Notes under the pieces: model-generated | What the model was told of the DNA's origin: nothing | The model's input: the letters and a program-made list of their open reading frames with translations, nothing else | The model's database searches: none | Position numbers and translations under genes: made by a program | Source: Candidatus Poseidoniaceae archaeon | GTDB taxonomy: Archaea; Thermoplasmatota; Poseidoniia; Poseidoniales; Poseidoniaceae | Assembly: GCA_943788295.1 (NCBI GenBank) | Contig: CALSPS010000004.1 | Location: 224,540-288,539, forward strand | Direction: 5' to 3' | Length of the DNA: 64,000 nucleotides | In this document: piece after piece, positions 55,737-64,000 of the stretch | How positions within the stretch are numbered: the stretch's first letter is position 1 | Layout of the letters: every line of letters begins with the position of its first letter

Positions 55737-57158
55737 ATGTTCACCAAAACCCGCTTCGACTCATGGGACCTACCAGCCGGCCTTTTGGACGGATTGGCAG
55801 CCCTCGAATGGACCCACGCAACTCAAGTCCAGAAAGACACCATTCCACTCGCCCGCCGTGGCCTCGATGTGATTGGCCAAGCCCGAACCGGCTCAGGAAA
55901 AACCGCTGCCTTTGGACTGCCTATTCTAGAGCGATGCAGCCCGACAGGCTCTCTTCAAGCGTTGATCCTAACCCCTACGCGTGAACTTGCGAACCAGGTG
56001 GCTCAAGAATTTGAATCGCTCCAAGGCGAAAGTGGCCTTTCCATTCAGACCGTATACGGTGGAACTGATTTGGAAAAGCAAGCTCGAACCCTCGGCGACG
56101 GTGTCGACATTATCGTTGGAACACCCGGTCGAGTGATGGACATGAGCGAACGGGGTCACATTGACCTCACTTCACCTTCCTTGTTTTGCCTCGATGAGGC
56201 GGACCGCATGTTGGACATGGGATTCTTCCCGGACATCATGTGGGTGATTGAGCGCATGACAGGGCGAGAACAAACCCTCCTCTTCTCAGCAACCTTCCCA
56301 CAGGAAATTATTGACACTGCAAACGAATTCATGAACGAACCCGAGTTCGTCTTGACCAACACTGAGGAATTGGACATACCACCAATCGACATGTACAGCG
56401 TTCGAATTGGCCGCGCCAACAAACTCTGGGTGCTTGGACGACTTCTTGCTGGCATGAACGATGAAGATCAAACCATCATTTTCTGCAACACCAAGCGCAT
56501 GGTGGACTTGGCTGTCCAACGCCTCTCCAAGCATGGGTTCTCAGTTGAAGGCCTGCATGGCGATTTGAGCCAGAACCAAAGAGAAAAGATCCTTGGACGG
56601 TTCAAAGCTGAGGAAATCAAGACCATTGTTGCCACCGACGTCGCAGCCCGTGGAATTGACGTGGACGGAATCACCCTCGTCGTCAACTATGATCTCCCAG
56701 TCGACTTGGATTCTTTTGTCCACAGGGTTGGCCGCACAGGTCGTATTGGTCGTAAGGGTGAGGCTTGGAGTTTGGTCTCACGGGACGACGCTCCACAACT
56801 TTCCAAGATCATGGCCACCTACGGATTGGACATCATCGAATCCGAACCTCCGGCTTTGCCAGAAGGTATGGACCGAGACCCGGTCAAGCGACAGGATGAT
56901 TTCGGCGAAACAGCGGACGTTTTTGGCTTTGTGACGCTCGAATTGAACATTGAGCCTACAGCAGCAGGTTCCTCAAGAAAGGTCTCCCAGTGGTTCACCG
57001 ATGCACTTCGTTGCAATGAGATGGCCATTGGCGATGTTCATTTCGAAGGCGAATCAACCTTCATCAGCATCCATACCAGCAAGGTTGGATTGGCCATCAA
57101 GGCGCTTCAAAAGAAAGAAATGTCTGGCCAACAAGTTGTTGCAACCATCGTTGAGTGA
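55737..57158 (+). CDS. DEAD-box ATP-dependent RNA helicase with a C-terminal DbpA-like RNA-binding domain.
   Basis: Q-motif, AQARTGSGKT, DEAD, SAT and HRVGRTGRIGRKG are all present. The C-terminal GFVTLELNIEP...VGLAIKALQ is DbpA-like. Confidence 0.85.
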   Translation: MFTKTRFDSWDLPAGLLDGLAALEWTHATQVQKDTIPLARRGLDVIGQARTGSGKTAAFGLPILERCSPTGSLQALILTPTRELANQVAQEFESLQGESGLSIQTVYGGTDLEKQARTLGDGVDIIVGTPGRVMDMSERGHIDLTSPSLFCLDEADRMLDMGFFPDIMWVIERMTGREQTLLFSATFPQEIIDTANEFMNEPEFVLTNTEELDIPPIDMYSVRIGRANKLWVLGRLLAGMNDEDQTIIFCNTKRMVDLAVQRLSKHGFSVEGLHGDLSQNQREKILGRFKAEEIKTIVATDVAARGIDVDGITLVVNYDLPVDLDSFVHRVGRTGRIGRKGEAWSLVSRDDAPQLSKIMATYGLDIIESEPPALPEGMDRDPVKRQDDFGETADVFGFVTLELNIEPTAAGSSRKVSQWFTDALRCNEMAIGDVHFEGESTFISIHTSKVGLAIKALQKKEMSGQQVVATIVE

Positions 57159-57160
57159 AT

Positions 57161-58228
57161 TCACTCTTCTTCACTGGAGCGCTTCTTCCAAGATCCCTTT
57201 TTCTTAGATGCGTGCCTTGAAGTCGGAACTTTTGGCTCCAAGGATGCTTCAACCCCAACCGCGGCTTTTCTAGAGGGCCATAATCCGTTTTCATCAGGAC
57301 GCTGAACTTCGATGGCACCAACTCCAGCACACAGGATTCCGAGTGCAGATAGGGACCAAGCGTAACCAATCGCATCGTCCCATCGGTTTTGGGCTTGACC
57401 ACATTCGGACGATATGAGATCAAGGCTGTAGCAGGTGTCCAGCGTTGACTTTGCATCCATCGCTTCGGTGTTGCTGGTCACGTTGTACGCTGCTGAAGCG
57501 ATCAGCACAGCAGCCAGCATCAGCAATGCGATTTGGAGTTGGTTGGGTGCTCTGCGGATGGTCAATCGCCATTCGCCTGGTGTCCCATAGGATGCATCAA
57601 GTGTCCGTGCTGGTCCTCCAACCAGCCAAAACCAAGCCACCCACATGCCGACGAGGACAACCATGAATCCCCATTTGTACACCATTGTGTGCCATTCCCA
57701 CATGCCTGTTAAGCAAGCGGCATCGTTCGGCAGGGCTGCACAATCTTCGAGTGCAATCGGATAAAACACCACCAATCGCAGCAGGTTGAGCACATACACG
57801 ATGGCACACATTACGAGGATTGAACGGATCTTGAGTTTCTGAGGCACACCTTCAGTCATGGCGACCAGCGTGGAGAGGAAAATCATTTCATGGACGCCAG
57901 CGCATTCATCAGAAACATAGAGCGCTATGTGATCGAAAGTTCCTGGGAAATCAGGGTGGTTCAATTCAATTCTTGTCATCCACCCATTGTGCATTCCTAA
58001 TGTGGAAGCCCCCTCGCCATAGAGGAAATTGGTGATTGCGTTCCAAAGATAGGCTTCTGAAACTTGAATCGGAGCGAGGGTGTCCGAGGGCATGGTCAAG
58101 AACCAGTAAAACGCCTCAACGCAAAGCAAAGCGAGTGGGATGCGTGCATACCTCAATCCGAGTTGTGCCACTTCCGACCATTCCATATCGTCTGGCTTTT
58201 GCGACGATGTGGCGGTGGACACCATGAA
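57161..58228 (-). CDS. Polytopic membrane protein, possibly archaeosortase/exosortase-like (tentative).
   Basis: About 8 TM helices. A DECAG motif lies at the start of a helix. Arg follows Cys by 42 residues in the NLLRLVV context, recalling the archaeosortase Cys and Arg spacing. The start was set at MVSTATSS so that it abuts the divergent TusA ORF. Confidence 0.4.
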   Translation of the reverse strand, partial: FMVSTATSSQKPDDMEWSEVAQLGLRYARIPLALLCVEAFYWFLTMPSDTLAPIQVSEAYLWNAITNFLYGEGASTLGMHNGWMTRIELNHPDFPGTFDHIALYVSDECAGVHEMIFLSTLVAMTEGVPQKLKIRSILVMCAIVYVLNLLRLVVFYPIALEDCAALPNDAACLTGMWEWHTMVYKWGFMVVLVGMWVAWFWLVGGPARTLDASYGTPGEWRLTIRRAPNQLQIALLMLAAVLIASAAYNVTSNTEAMDAKSTLDTCYSLDLISSECGQAQNRWDDAIGYAWSLSALGILCAGVGAIEVQRPDENGLWPSRKAAVGVEASLEPKVPTSRHASKKKGSWKKRSSEEE

Positions 58229-58230
58229 CC

Positions 58231-58617
58231 GTGGTGTGTGTTCCTCCTCATCAACTTGCGGGCCAAAGGGCAACAAGAACACTCCATCAGAAGCAAATTG
58301 CCAAATTGGCGAAAGGTGCACTTCATACCAATGAACATACAGGGCCCTTTGTGGTCGAAGTGACGCAGTTGGGCACCGCTTCGTCGGTACAGCCAACACA
58401 CAGACTCAATGTCATAGGTTTTTTCTGTCCAATTCCCGTTGCTGAAGCAAAGAAAGCACTGGCCACAATGGGCCAAGGTCAAGTCCTCGAGTTGTGGGCA
58501 GATGATCCTGAAACATTGCATGATCTTCCAATGTTAATTGATCGGACACCTCATCATCTTCTTTCTATAGAAGAGGGCTCAGGAGAGTATCGTTTCCTTG
58601 TGGAGGTGGCAGCATGA
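58231..58617 (+). CDS. TusA-like sulfur-carrier / SirA family protein. The start may be the downstream GTG at 58351.
   Basis: The CPIP motif (GFFCPIPVAEAKKAL) and the C-terminal GEYRFLV are present. Confidence 0.55.
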   Translation: MVCVPPHQLAGQRATRTLHQKQIAKLAKGALHTNEHTGPFVVEVTQLGTASSVQPTHRLNVIGFFCPIPVAEAKKALATMGQGQVLELWADDPETLHDLPMLIDRTPHHLLSIEEGSGEYRFLVEVAA

Positions 58618-59258
58618 CCCCACCAGTTGTGGAACGAAACTCAGTTCCAAGTGAAGCCAAGTTACCCACCGTGAGCGGTGAATTCAACATCCGTATTTTC
58701 CACGAAGCCGAGACTGGCCACGACCATGTGGCGCTCACTCTCGGGGACATGGGCGGGCCAGATCCCGTTCTTGTTCGCTTGCACTCCGAATGCCTCACTG
58801 GCGATGCATTTGGCAGCACACGTTGTGATTGTGGCCCCCAACTCCAAGCAGCGATGAACGCGGTCGTTGAGCGAGGGTATGGTTGCATTCTTTACCTGCG
58901 CCAAGAAGGAAGGGGCATCGGACTCCACGCCAAAATCCAAGCCTATCACCTCCAAGACAAAGGTGCAGACACCCTTGATGCCAACCTCATGTTGGGTCTT
59001 CCAGGTGATGGACGTGATTACAAAATCGCAGCCTCAATGCTCAAAGCGTTAAACATTCCAAGCATCGAATTGCTGTCGAACAATCCAGACAAAGCCGAAC
59101 AACTGCTCGAATACGGCATCGATGTGGCTGCACGAACCGCGTTGGTGGTTGGAGTGGGTCAAGAAAACCTGTTCTACCTTGAGACCAAGGTTGAACGAAT
59201 GGGCCACACCATCTCAGAAGCTGACCTTTCGACAGACAGGCCTGACAAGGATGAGTAA
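58614..59258 (+). CDS. ribA: GTP cyclohydrolase II, bacterial RibA type.
   Basis: VRLHSECLTGDAFGSTRCDCG is the Zn-binding CxxxxxxxxxxCxC pattern. YLRQEGRGIGL follows. Confidence 0.8.
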   Translation: MTPPVVERNSVPSEAKLPTVSGEFNIRIFHEAETGHDHVALTLGDMGGPDPVLVRLHSECLTGDAFGSTRCDCGPQLQAAMNAVVERGYGCILYLRQEGRGIGLHAKIQAYHLQDKGADTLDANLMLGLPGDGRDYKIAASMLKALNIPSIELLSNNPDKAEQLLEYGIDVAARTALVVGVGQENLFYLETKVERMGHTISEADLSTDRPDKDE

Positions 59259-59262
59259 AGAG

Positions 59263-59335
59263 GGCCGTGACCGAGAATCGAACTCGGGCTGGCAGAACCA
59301 CAATCTGCCGTGCTAACCCCTACACCATCACAGCC
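59263..59335 (-). tRNA. tRNA-His (anticodon GUG) with a genome-encoded G-1. CCA is not encoded.
   Basis: Reverse complement G-GCTGTGA-TG-GTGT-AGGGGTTA-GCAC-G-GCAGA-TTGTGGT-TCTGC-CAGC-CCGAG-TTCGATT-CTCGG-TCACGGC-C. All four stems pair. The extra 5' G pairs with discriminator C73, as expected for tRNA-His. Confidence 0.85.
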
Positions 59336-59462
59336 ATGAGAGGTACTTCGCCGTCAAGCGCGTGGTATTTCAATGGTGCGTACAGCGCAACAGGTCGCTG
59401 ATGCCTTGCCATGCGAGCAGAGGACCCTTGCATTCAAGTGCATTCGGCCTTGTAGGCCTCAC

Positions 59463-61859
59463 ATGCGAACTCTAAGTGCGAACAAGTTCATTGCCAGCGG
59501 GCTGCTCTTGTTGTTTGTTTTGGCACCGCTATCCAGCGTTTCAGCACGTTCAGTGCATGAGACCACTGCTGTTGATGTGCTGCCTCAAGGTGATTTTGAG
59601 GATTCATCAGCATGGCATATGGATGCTTACACCTCGTTTTCTCAAGACCAAGCACTCTACACCGATGCCATGGTGGCGGACAGTCGCCTCACCATGGTTC
59701 ACGATCGGCCAGTCAATCTCGACACAATGGTGTTCTGGGCTCAATCCACACCGACCAATTCCAACAATTCGCTTTACGCACCCGATGGGGCCTATTCGTG
59801 GTCATCTGGACCTGAGATGGAATTAACAAATTTCTATGCTGCCGGCTCGACGCAATATGAGATTGAGCAGGTGAAGTTGGTGTTCGCTTTCGCAGTACCT
59901 CACACGTTGTCCCAAGACTCAGTGCGCTTCTCTGTCGAATACAACGGTAACTTCTCATCCCTTGCTACCTTTGCTCACACTCAGGCTCCCCTCGATCACA
60001 TGACCAATTATTGGAAGAAAGACATCAGCACACTCGATGCATGGACCTGGTCATCGTTGCAAGACCTCATTGTCACGGCGAATTATGAATCGGTTGGTTC
60101 GACCGATGATTCACAACTGAATTTGGATGCAGTTGGAGTCGAAGTCACCATGCAAACGCCATGGTACGGTGGGGAAGTGGCAGAAGCTTCCACCAGCTTC
60201 AGCGCACATGAAACTCCAGTCATTGTCCTTGATTTGACGGCTGGAGAATCCGACAACATGGGCTATGCAGCCTGTGGACTGCAAAGCAGCGTCGAGGGCA
60301 CCACCGGGCAATGGACGAGCAACGTCATTGAAACGCCTCCAAACCAACGCATCGGCCGCGTTCATTTTACACTCCAAAACGAATCCCTTGATGATGTGGT
60401 GTTGCATTACGCCTCCTCCGCAGATGGAACCTCCTTCACGGCGTTCGAAGCAATGGATGAGCACATGCTGCTGCCAAACCAGCCTTACAGCAAAGTACGG
60501 GTCACAACCACTGAGGCATGCATCAGTGAGATCACCGTTGATGTGAACGACCCAACATTAACACTGAACGGGCGAATCTTTGGCGATTTGGACGGGCTGG
60601 ATTCAAATTATTCCCGCTGGCTGTTGTTTGTCAACGATGAACTGGTCACCAATCAACCGGTCGAACTCTCTTCCTCACTCTCGCTTTCTTTCCCAGTTGG
60701 TGCGCACATTCACAACCCTACCGCCCCGCTTCTTGTGGAACTGAAAACATGGTTTACTTGGGATTCACAAGGTGGAGAAAGCACAACAGCGTTTGAAGTG
60801 ACTTCAATGACCATCACTGGTGGCTACAACATCACATGGGATGAGGATCCGACCTGTGTTGCCGTTGGCGATCAAACCATGATTGAAGACGGTGGAGGTC
60901 GAATTCTACCCTTCCTTCATCGGTGCGAAGACGACCGTACAGTCAATGAAAACCTCGTTGTTTCATTCACCAACACAAACCCGAACCTCGTCCTCGTTGA
61001 CCTTTCCCAAGGTGATGTTCGCGTTCGCTTGATGCCAGAGGTGTCCGGCTTTGCAACCGTGACGACGACCGTCCTTGACGAAGCAGGAAACGCTTGGTCA
61101 GAGGTGTTCATGATCACCGTGAGTTCGGTTGATGACGCTCCGACCCTTACCGAATTCCAGTCGATTATTCCTGTCCAATTGTCGGTGCCAACAACGCTTG
61201 ACTTTACCTACAGCGACATCGATTCGAACGAGTTGACCTCAAGCACCAATCGAAGTTGGGCCTCCGTCGATATGGCGGCCAGAACGATCACTGTGAACGC
61301 ACCATCGCCTGGGTTCCACTCTGTGCTCGTTTCGATTTGTGACCAAACAACCTGCACTGAACGCGCGATGGATTTGGAAGTGATGGCCCTCCCCGACCTC
61401 GTCATTGAAGCGATTGATGCTGGTGATGATGCCATTGTTGCAGGCGATGTAGCCGAAGTACGTGTCTTCGTCCGCAACAACGGACAAGCCGATGCATCCA
61501 TGATCTCCGTTCGCTGTGAAATGAATTCAGAACTGATTTCGATTGGCACATTACCAATTCTACGACCCGGCGAACTTGGCTCGGTGACATGCGACTGGGG
61601 CGTGCCGGAACAAACGGGCGTGGTGCAGATCCGTGCGGTTGTGGACCGTGGCTTGGAAATTGATGAAGGTGATGAAACCAACAACGAGGCAGCGATTGCA
61701 GTTGAGATCGAAGCCAGTCCATCCACGAACGGTGACTCTTCTTCGTCGTCAATCAACATCAGCGACGGTGCCTTCTATGGCCTGACCATTCTTGGCCTTC
61801 TAGCCATTGTTGGCGCATTTGCTTTCTTGTCTCCTGCCAAGATTAAGAAACTCGAATGA
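59463..61859 (+). CDS. Large surface protein of about 800 aa. It has a signal peptide, a Ser-rich linker, a C-terminal TM and a short basic tail that looks like a sorting signal.
   Basis: The likely start MRTLSANKFIASGLLLLFVLAPLSSVSA is at 59463. The track ORF begins at 59373, where it would overlap the tRNA-His promoter. The C-terminus is NGDSSSSSINISDGAFYGLTILGLLAIVGAFAFLSPAKIKKLE. Confidence 0.7.
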   Translation: MRTLSANKFIASGLLLLFVLAPLSSVSARSVHETTAVDVLPQGDFEDSSAWHMDAYTSFSQDQALYTDAMVADSRLTMVHDRPVNLDTMVFWAQSTPTNSNNSLYAPDGAYSWSSGPEMELTNFYAAGSTQYEIEQVKLVFAFAVPHTLSQDSVRFSVEYNGNFSSLATFAHTQAPLDHMTNYWKKDISTLDAWTWSSLQDLIVTANYESVGSTDDSQLNLDAVGVEVTMQTPWYGGEVAEASTSFSAHETPVIVLDLTAGESDNMGYAACGLQSSVEGTTGQWTSNVIETPPNQRIGRVHFTLQNESLDDVVLHYASSADGTSFTAFEAMDEHMLLPNQPYSKVRVTTTEACISEITVDVNDPTLTLNGRIFGDLDGLDSNYSRWLLFVNDELVTNQPVELSSSLSLSFPVGAHIHNPTAPLLVELKTWFTWDSQGGESTTAFEVTSMTITGGYNITWDEDPTCVAVGDQTMIEDGGGRILPFLHRCEDDRTVNENLVVSFTNTNPNLVLVDLSQGDVRVRLMPEVSGFATVTTTVLDEAGNAWSEVFMITVSSVDDAPTLTEFQSIIPVQLSVPTTLDFTYSDIDSNELTSSTNRSWASVDMAARTITVNAPSPGFHSVLVSICDQTTCTERAMDLEVMALPDLVIEAIDAGDDAIVAGDVAEVRVFVRNNGQADASMISVRCEMNSELISIGTLPILRPGELGSVTCDWGVPEQTGVVQIRAVVDRGLEIDEGDETNNEAAIAVEIEASPSTNGDSSSSSINISDGAFYGLTILGLLAIVGAFAFLSPAKIKKLE

Positions 61860-62001
61860 ACGGTCCAAACAACCGCTCTGATGACGGATAACGCGAAAAG
61901 TGGCCTCAAACTTGATAATGGGACCGTCTCACAAAAATTTGCTTTGAGGTCGTGGGGACCGTTCAACTTCGGTTGACAAGGCGGATGTGGGAATCATGTC
62001 A

Positions 62002-62024
62002 GTATTGAAAATAAGAATAGAAAC
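62002..62024 (-). terminator. Oligo-T tract (minus-strand TTTCTATTCTTATTTTC), a candidate archaeal terminator about 60 nt downstream of cbf5.
   Basis: An AT-rich island in the convergent intergenic region 61860-62083. Confidence 0.3.
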
Positions 62025-62083
62025 CGAGGAGTACATTTACGAAGAATACATCGAAGCGTGATGTCAATCACGCAAAGTTGGTG

Positions 62084-63052
62084 TCACTCAGGTGACTTCC
62101 AACGTCGAGGGTAGAGATCGCCATCCATGAGCACCATGCTCGGGCGTGCGATTTCGCCTTCTTTCATCGATGGGATTTCGTCCGTGTTCGTTGTAAGGGT
62201 CACGACGCCGACCGCCTCATTTTTGAGGGTTTGAACGTAGATCTCCTTGCCTGACGCAACGCCAGATGCGATGTTGACGAGGCCCGGGCGCAGCAAAGGT
62301 GCTCCGTGGGCAAGTGCTGCAGCTGCGCTGTCTTTCACGGTAGCAGACGGCAAATCCAACAGCAACTTTTCGATTGGATGAATGATTTTGAGCAAGGCTT
62401 CAGGAGCATCGCACTCTTTCCAAAGCCAGACTGCATCAGCCAGTTCTTGCAAAGTCACGCAATCTTCGAGGGCAAACACTCCAGAGGAATCACGGCGCAG
62501 TTCTTTGAGTTGAACTTTCATGTTGAGAAGGAGACCAAGGTCTCTTGCCATGGTACGAATGTAGGTTCCTGCCTCACAATGGACTCGGGCGATCATATCC
62601 TTGCCGGAGGAATCAAGAGGTTCAAACTGGAAGATTTTTCTGGTTCGCACCTGAACCTTGACCGCTGAAACTTCTGGTGGAACGTTGTAGACCCTTCCGG
62701 TCAACCTCGCCATTGCTTCACTGAGCGCTTTAGGATCGACTTCTTCAGCAAACCGAAACACACAGATGTATGACTTCTTGTGGTTGAGGATTTTCTTGGT
62801 GACCTTCATTGCTTTTCCAGCCATGAGGGGGAGCACACCTGTGGCAAAAGGATCCAGTGTCCCTCCATGGCCCATTCGCTCAAGACCAAACAAATCCCTT
62901 GCCCATGCTGCGACTTGGTGAGACGTAGGGCCTGCTGGCTTGTCGAGCAGAATAAAACCGGCGGCTAAGCGTTGCTCGACATCCCTTGCGTCGGGGTGAA
63001 TTCCAACTGCTTCATTCGTGGTTGCGCTGTTGTCGAGAAGATGATGTGTCAT
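62084..63052 (-). CDS. cbf5: H/ACA RNP pseudouridine synthase Cbf5 (TruB catalytic domain plus a C-terminal PUA domain).
   Basis: ILLDKPAGPTSHQV...GHGGTLDPFATGVL are TruB motifs I and II. The C-terminal region is PUA-like. Confidence 0.85.
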   Translation of the reverse strand: MTHHLLDNSATTNEAVGIHPDARDVEQRLAAGFILLDKPAGPTSHQVAAWARDLFGLERMGHGGTLDPFATGVLPLMAGKAMKVTKKILNHKKSYICVFRFAEEVDPKALSEAMARLTGRVYNVPPEVSAVKVQVRTRKIFQFEPLDSSGKDMIARVHCEAGTYIRTMARDLGLLLNMKVQLKELRRDSSGVFALEDCVTLQELADAVWLWKECDAPEALLKIIHPIEKLLLDLPSATVKDSAAAALAHGAPLLRPGLVNIASGVASGKEIYVQTLKNEAVGVVTLTTNTDEIPSMKEGEIARPSMVLMDGDLYPRRWKSPE

Positions 63053-63588
63053 AGAGAAGCCTCCAATTTTTGAATCACTGCAGAGAGCACTTGTTCCCTG
63101 CTGAGAGTTGTTGCATCGAGTACTATGGTATAGGGTTCGCGCTGTTCAGGCAAGAGACCGTACAACTCCATGAATCGCTCTGCGTCGACCGCAGTTCGCA
63201 TTTCATTGGCGTGCAGGGCCTCTTCCAGAGTGCATTGCTCCCGTGCCACGACTCGGTTGGCTCGTTCTTGGTCGTCGACCTCGAGCCAGAGGCGGACGCA
63301 ATCAAGATCAAGCTTGTAGGCCCACCATCCCGAAAGGCGAGATTCCACAATGTCCTCCGCATCGTTCAGTGACATACGTTCCTGCAAAAGGGCATCGAGT
63401 TGGCGATCAACATCTAAATCGCTCTTGCATAATTCTCCAAACTCCGCGAGGCTCAGACCACGTCGCTTCGCCTCTTGACGAAACACTTCACCGCCATTGA
63501 GCGAGGTCCAACCAAAATGGTCCATAAGGCCGTTTACGAGGGTGCTCGTTCCGCTTCCTGGATGGCCAGAGACCGTGATCTTGACCAT
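63049..63588 (-). CDS. cmk: Cytidylate kinase, archaeal type.
   Basis: MVKITVSGHPGSGTSTL is the P-loop. Its stop overlaps the cbf5 start by 4 nt. Confidence 0.7.
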   Translation of the reverse strand: MVKITVSGHPGSGTSTLVNGLMDHFGWTSLNGGEVFRQEAKRRGLSLAEFGELCKSDLDVDRQLDALLQERMSLNDAEDIVESRLSGWWAYKLDLDCVRLWLEVDDQERANRVVAREQCTLEEALHANEMRTAVDAERFMELYGLLPEQREPYTIVLDATTLSREQVLSAVIQKLEASL

Positions 63589-63590
63589 GC

Positions 63591-63947
63591 TTACACCCAT
63601 TCGTGGCGGCAGACATCGCAACGTTTGGTGCGTGGCCCTAAGGTTGAAATCATGTCCATCCCACATTCTGGGCATTCTTTCGCCGCAGTGTTGCTGCTGG
63701 CTTTCGGAGTGCTTTCAACTTCAGAGGATGCTTCCTCAGTGTTTGATTTGCTGGCTTTCCGGTTTGAGTTTTGACGCTGACTTCGTTGCTGCCGTCTGCG
63801 GGCATCGGCGCTTTTGGTCTTGTTTTGACCAGCGACCAAGTGCAAAAGTGGTTCCTTGATGGTTTCACCTGACTTCACCATTGGATGGGATCGGTATCGG
63901 AACAATTTGATGTGACGGTCAACAACTCGACCAAGCGGTGCACTCAT
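63591..63947 (-). CDS. Possible ribosomal protein L34e-like Zn-ribbon protein with a basic low-complexity insert.
   Basis: N-terminal FRYRSHPM and C-terminal CPECG...CDVC. It lies immediately upstream of cmk-cbf5, where archaea commonly place L34e. Confidence 0.35.
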   Translation of the reverse strand: MSAPLGRVVDRHIKLFRYRSHPMVKSGETIKEPLLHLVAGQNKTKSADARRRQQRSQRQNSNRKASKSNTEEASSEVESTPKASSNTAAKECPECGMDMISTLGPRTKRCDVCRHEWV

Positions 63948-64000
63948 GCAAATGTAGGTGCAAATCCATGCTGGGAAAAAGAGAAATTTGTCTTCAAGAA

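Noticed and set aside
61900-61990. Direct repeat GGGACCGT twice in the convergent intergenic region near cbf5, considered as a possible H/ACA guide RNA.
   Set aside because: No convincing hairpin-ACA structure could be drawn by eye. It is left unassigned.
62083-62096. GTCAC-TCAG-GTGAC hairpin near the cbf5 stop.
   Set aside because: It lies inside the cbf5 coding sequence and overlaps the stop codon, so it is not an independent terminator. The downstream oligo-T tract is the better terminator candidate.
1-64000. Search for CRISPR arrays, IS elements, integrases, toxin-antitoxin pairs or restriction-modification genes.
   Set aside because: I saw no regularly spaced direct repeats, no transposase or integrase-like ORFs, and no R-M or TA signatures. 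The window looks like chromosomal core interleaved with envelope genes.

Overview
The window reads as an archaeal chromosomal segment of moderately high GC. Gene content points to a marine Thermoplasmatota or Poseidoniales-like euryarchaeon, but that placement is inference. About 65 genes are tightly packed on both strands.

The core archaeal genes are:
- ribosomal proteins S3Ae and a putative L34e, proteasome beta subunit, aCPSF1/FttA, EF-1beta and RpoL
- Cbf5, TruD, FtsJ, archaeal AspRS and TrpRS, SepF and ZPR1
- ThyA-DHFR, RpiA, MTAP and Cmk

Three RNA genes are absent from the ORF track. They are tRNA-Lys(CUU), tRNA-His(GUG) with an encoded G-1, and a probable tRNA-Pro. An unannotated RNase P RNA sits at about 32777-33082, with a covarying P4 helix.

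These core genes alternate with accessory blocks:
- Four very large secreted or membrane-anchored surface proteins. One of them is a 5' partial running off the window start.
- Two RND/MMPL-type exporters. One is in an operon with a Dpm1-like glycosyltransferase.
- A thiol-disulfide oxidoreductase operon: epimerase, thioredoxin-like protein, VKOR and a secreted protein, plus a second thioredoxin-like protein.
- A Ni-superoxide dismutase with its SodX maturation peptidase.
- Several bacterial-type genes: PlsC acyltransferase, a DEAD-box helicase with a DbpA-like tail, RibA and a TusA-like protein.

Features that stand out:
- S3Ae has an acidic C-terminal extension ending in a SAP motif.
- A PdaD-family protein lacks the Ser-Ser self-cleavage site.
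- A divergent pair of glycosyltransferases has a catalytically intact GT2 and a degenerate GT2-like partner.
- The 12-mer CTTTCTATAGAA, with a 10-bp perfect palindrome core, occurs three times in frame in unrelated genes.

I saw no CRISPR array, transposase or integrase. Every coordinate and family call is made by eye from the sequence and the ORF track. No database search was run.
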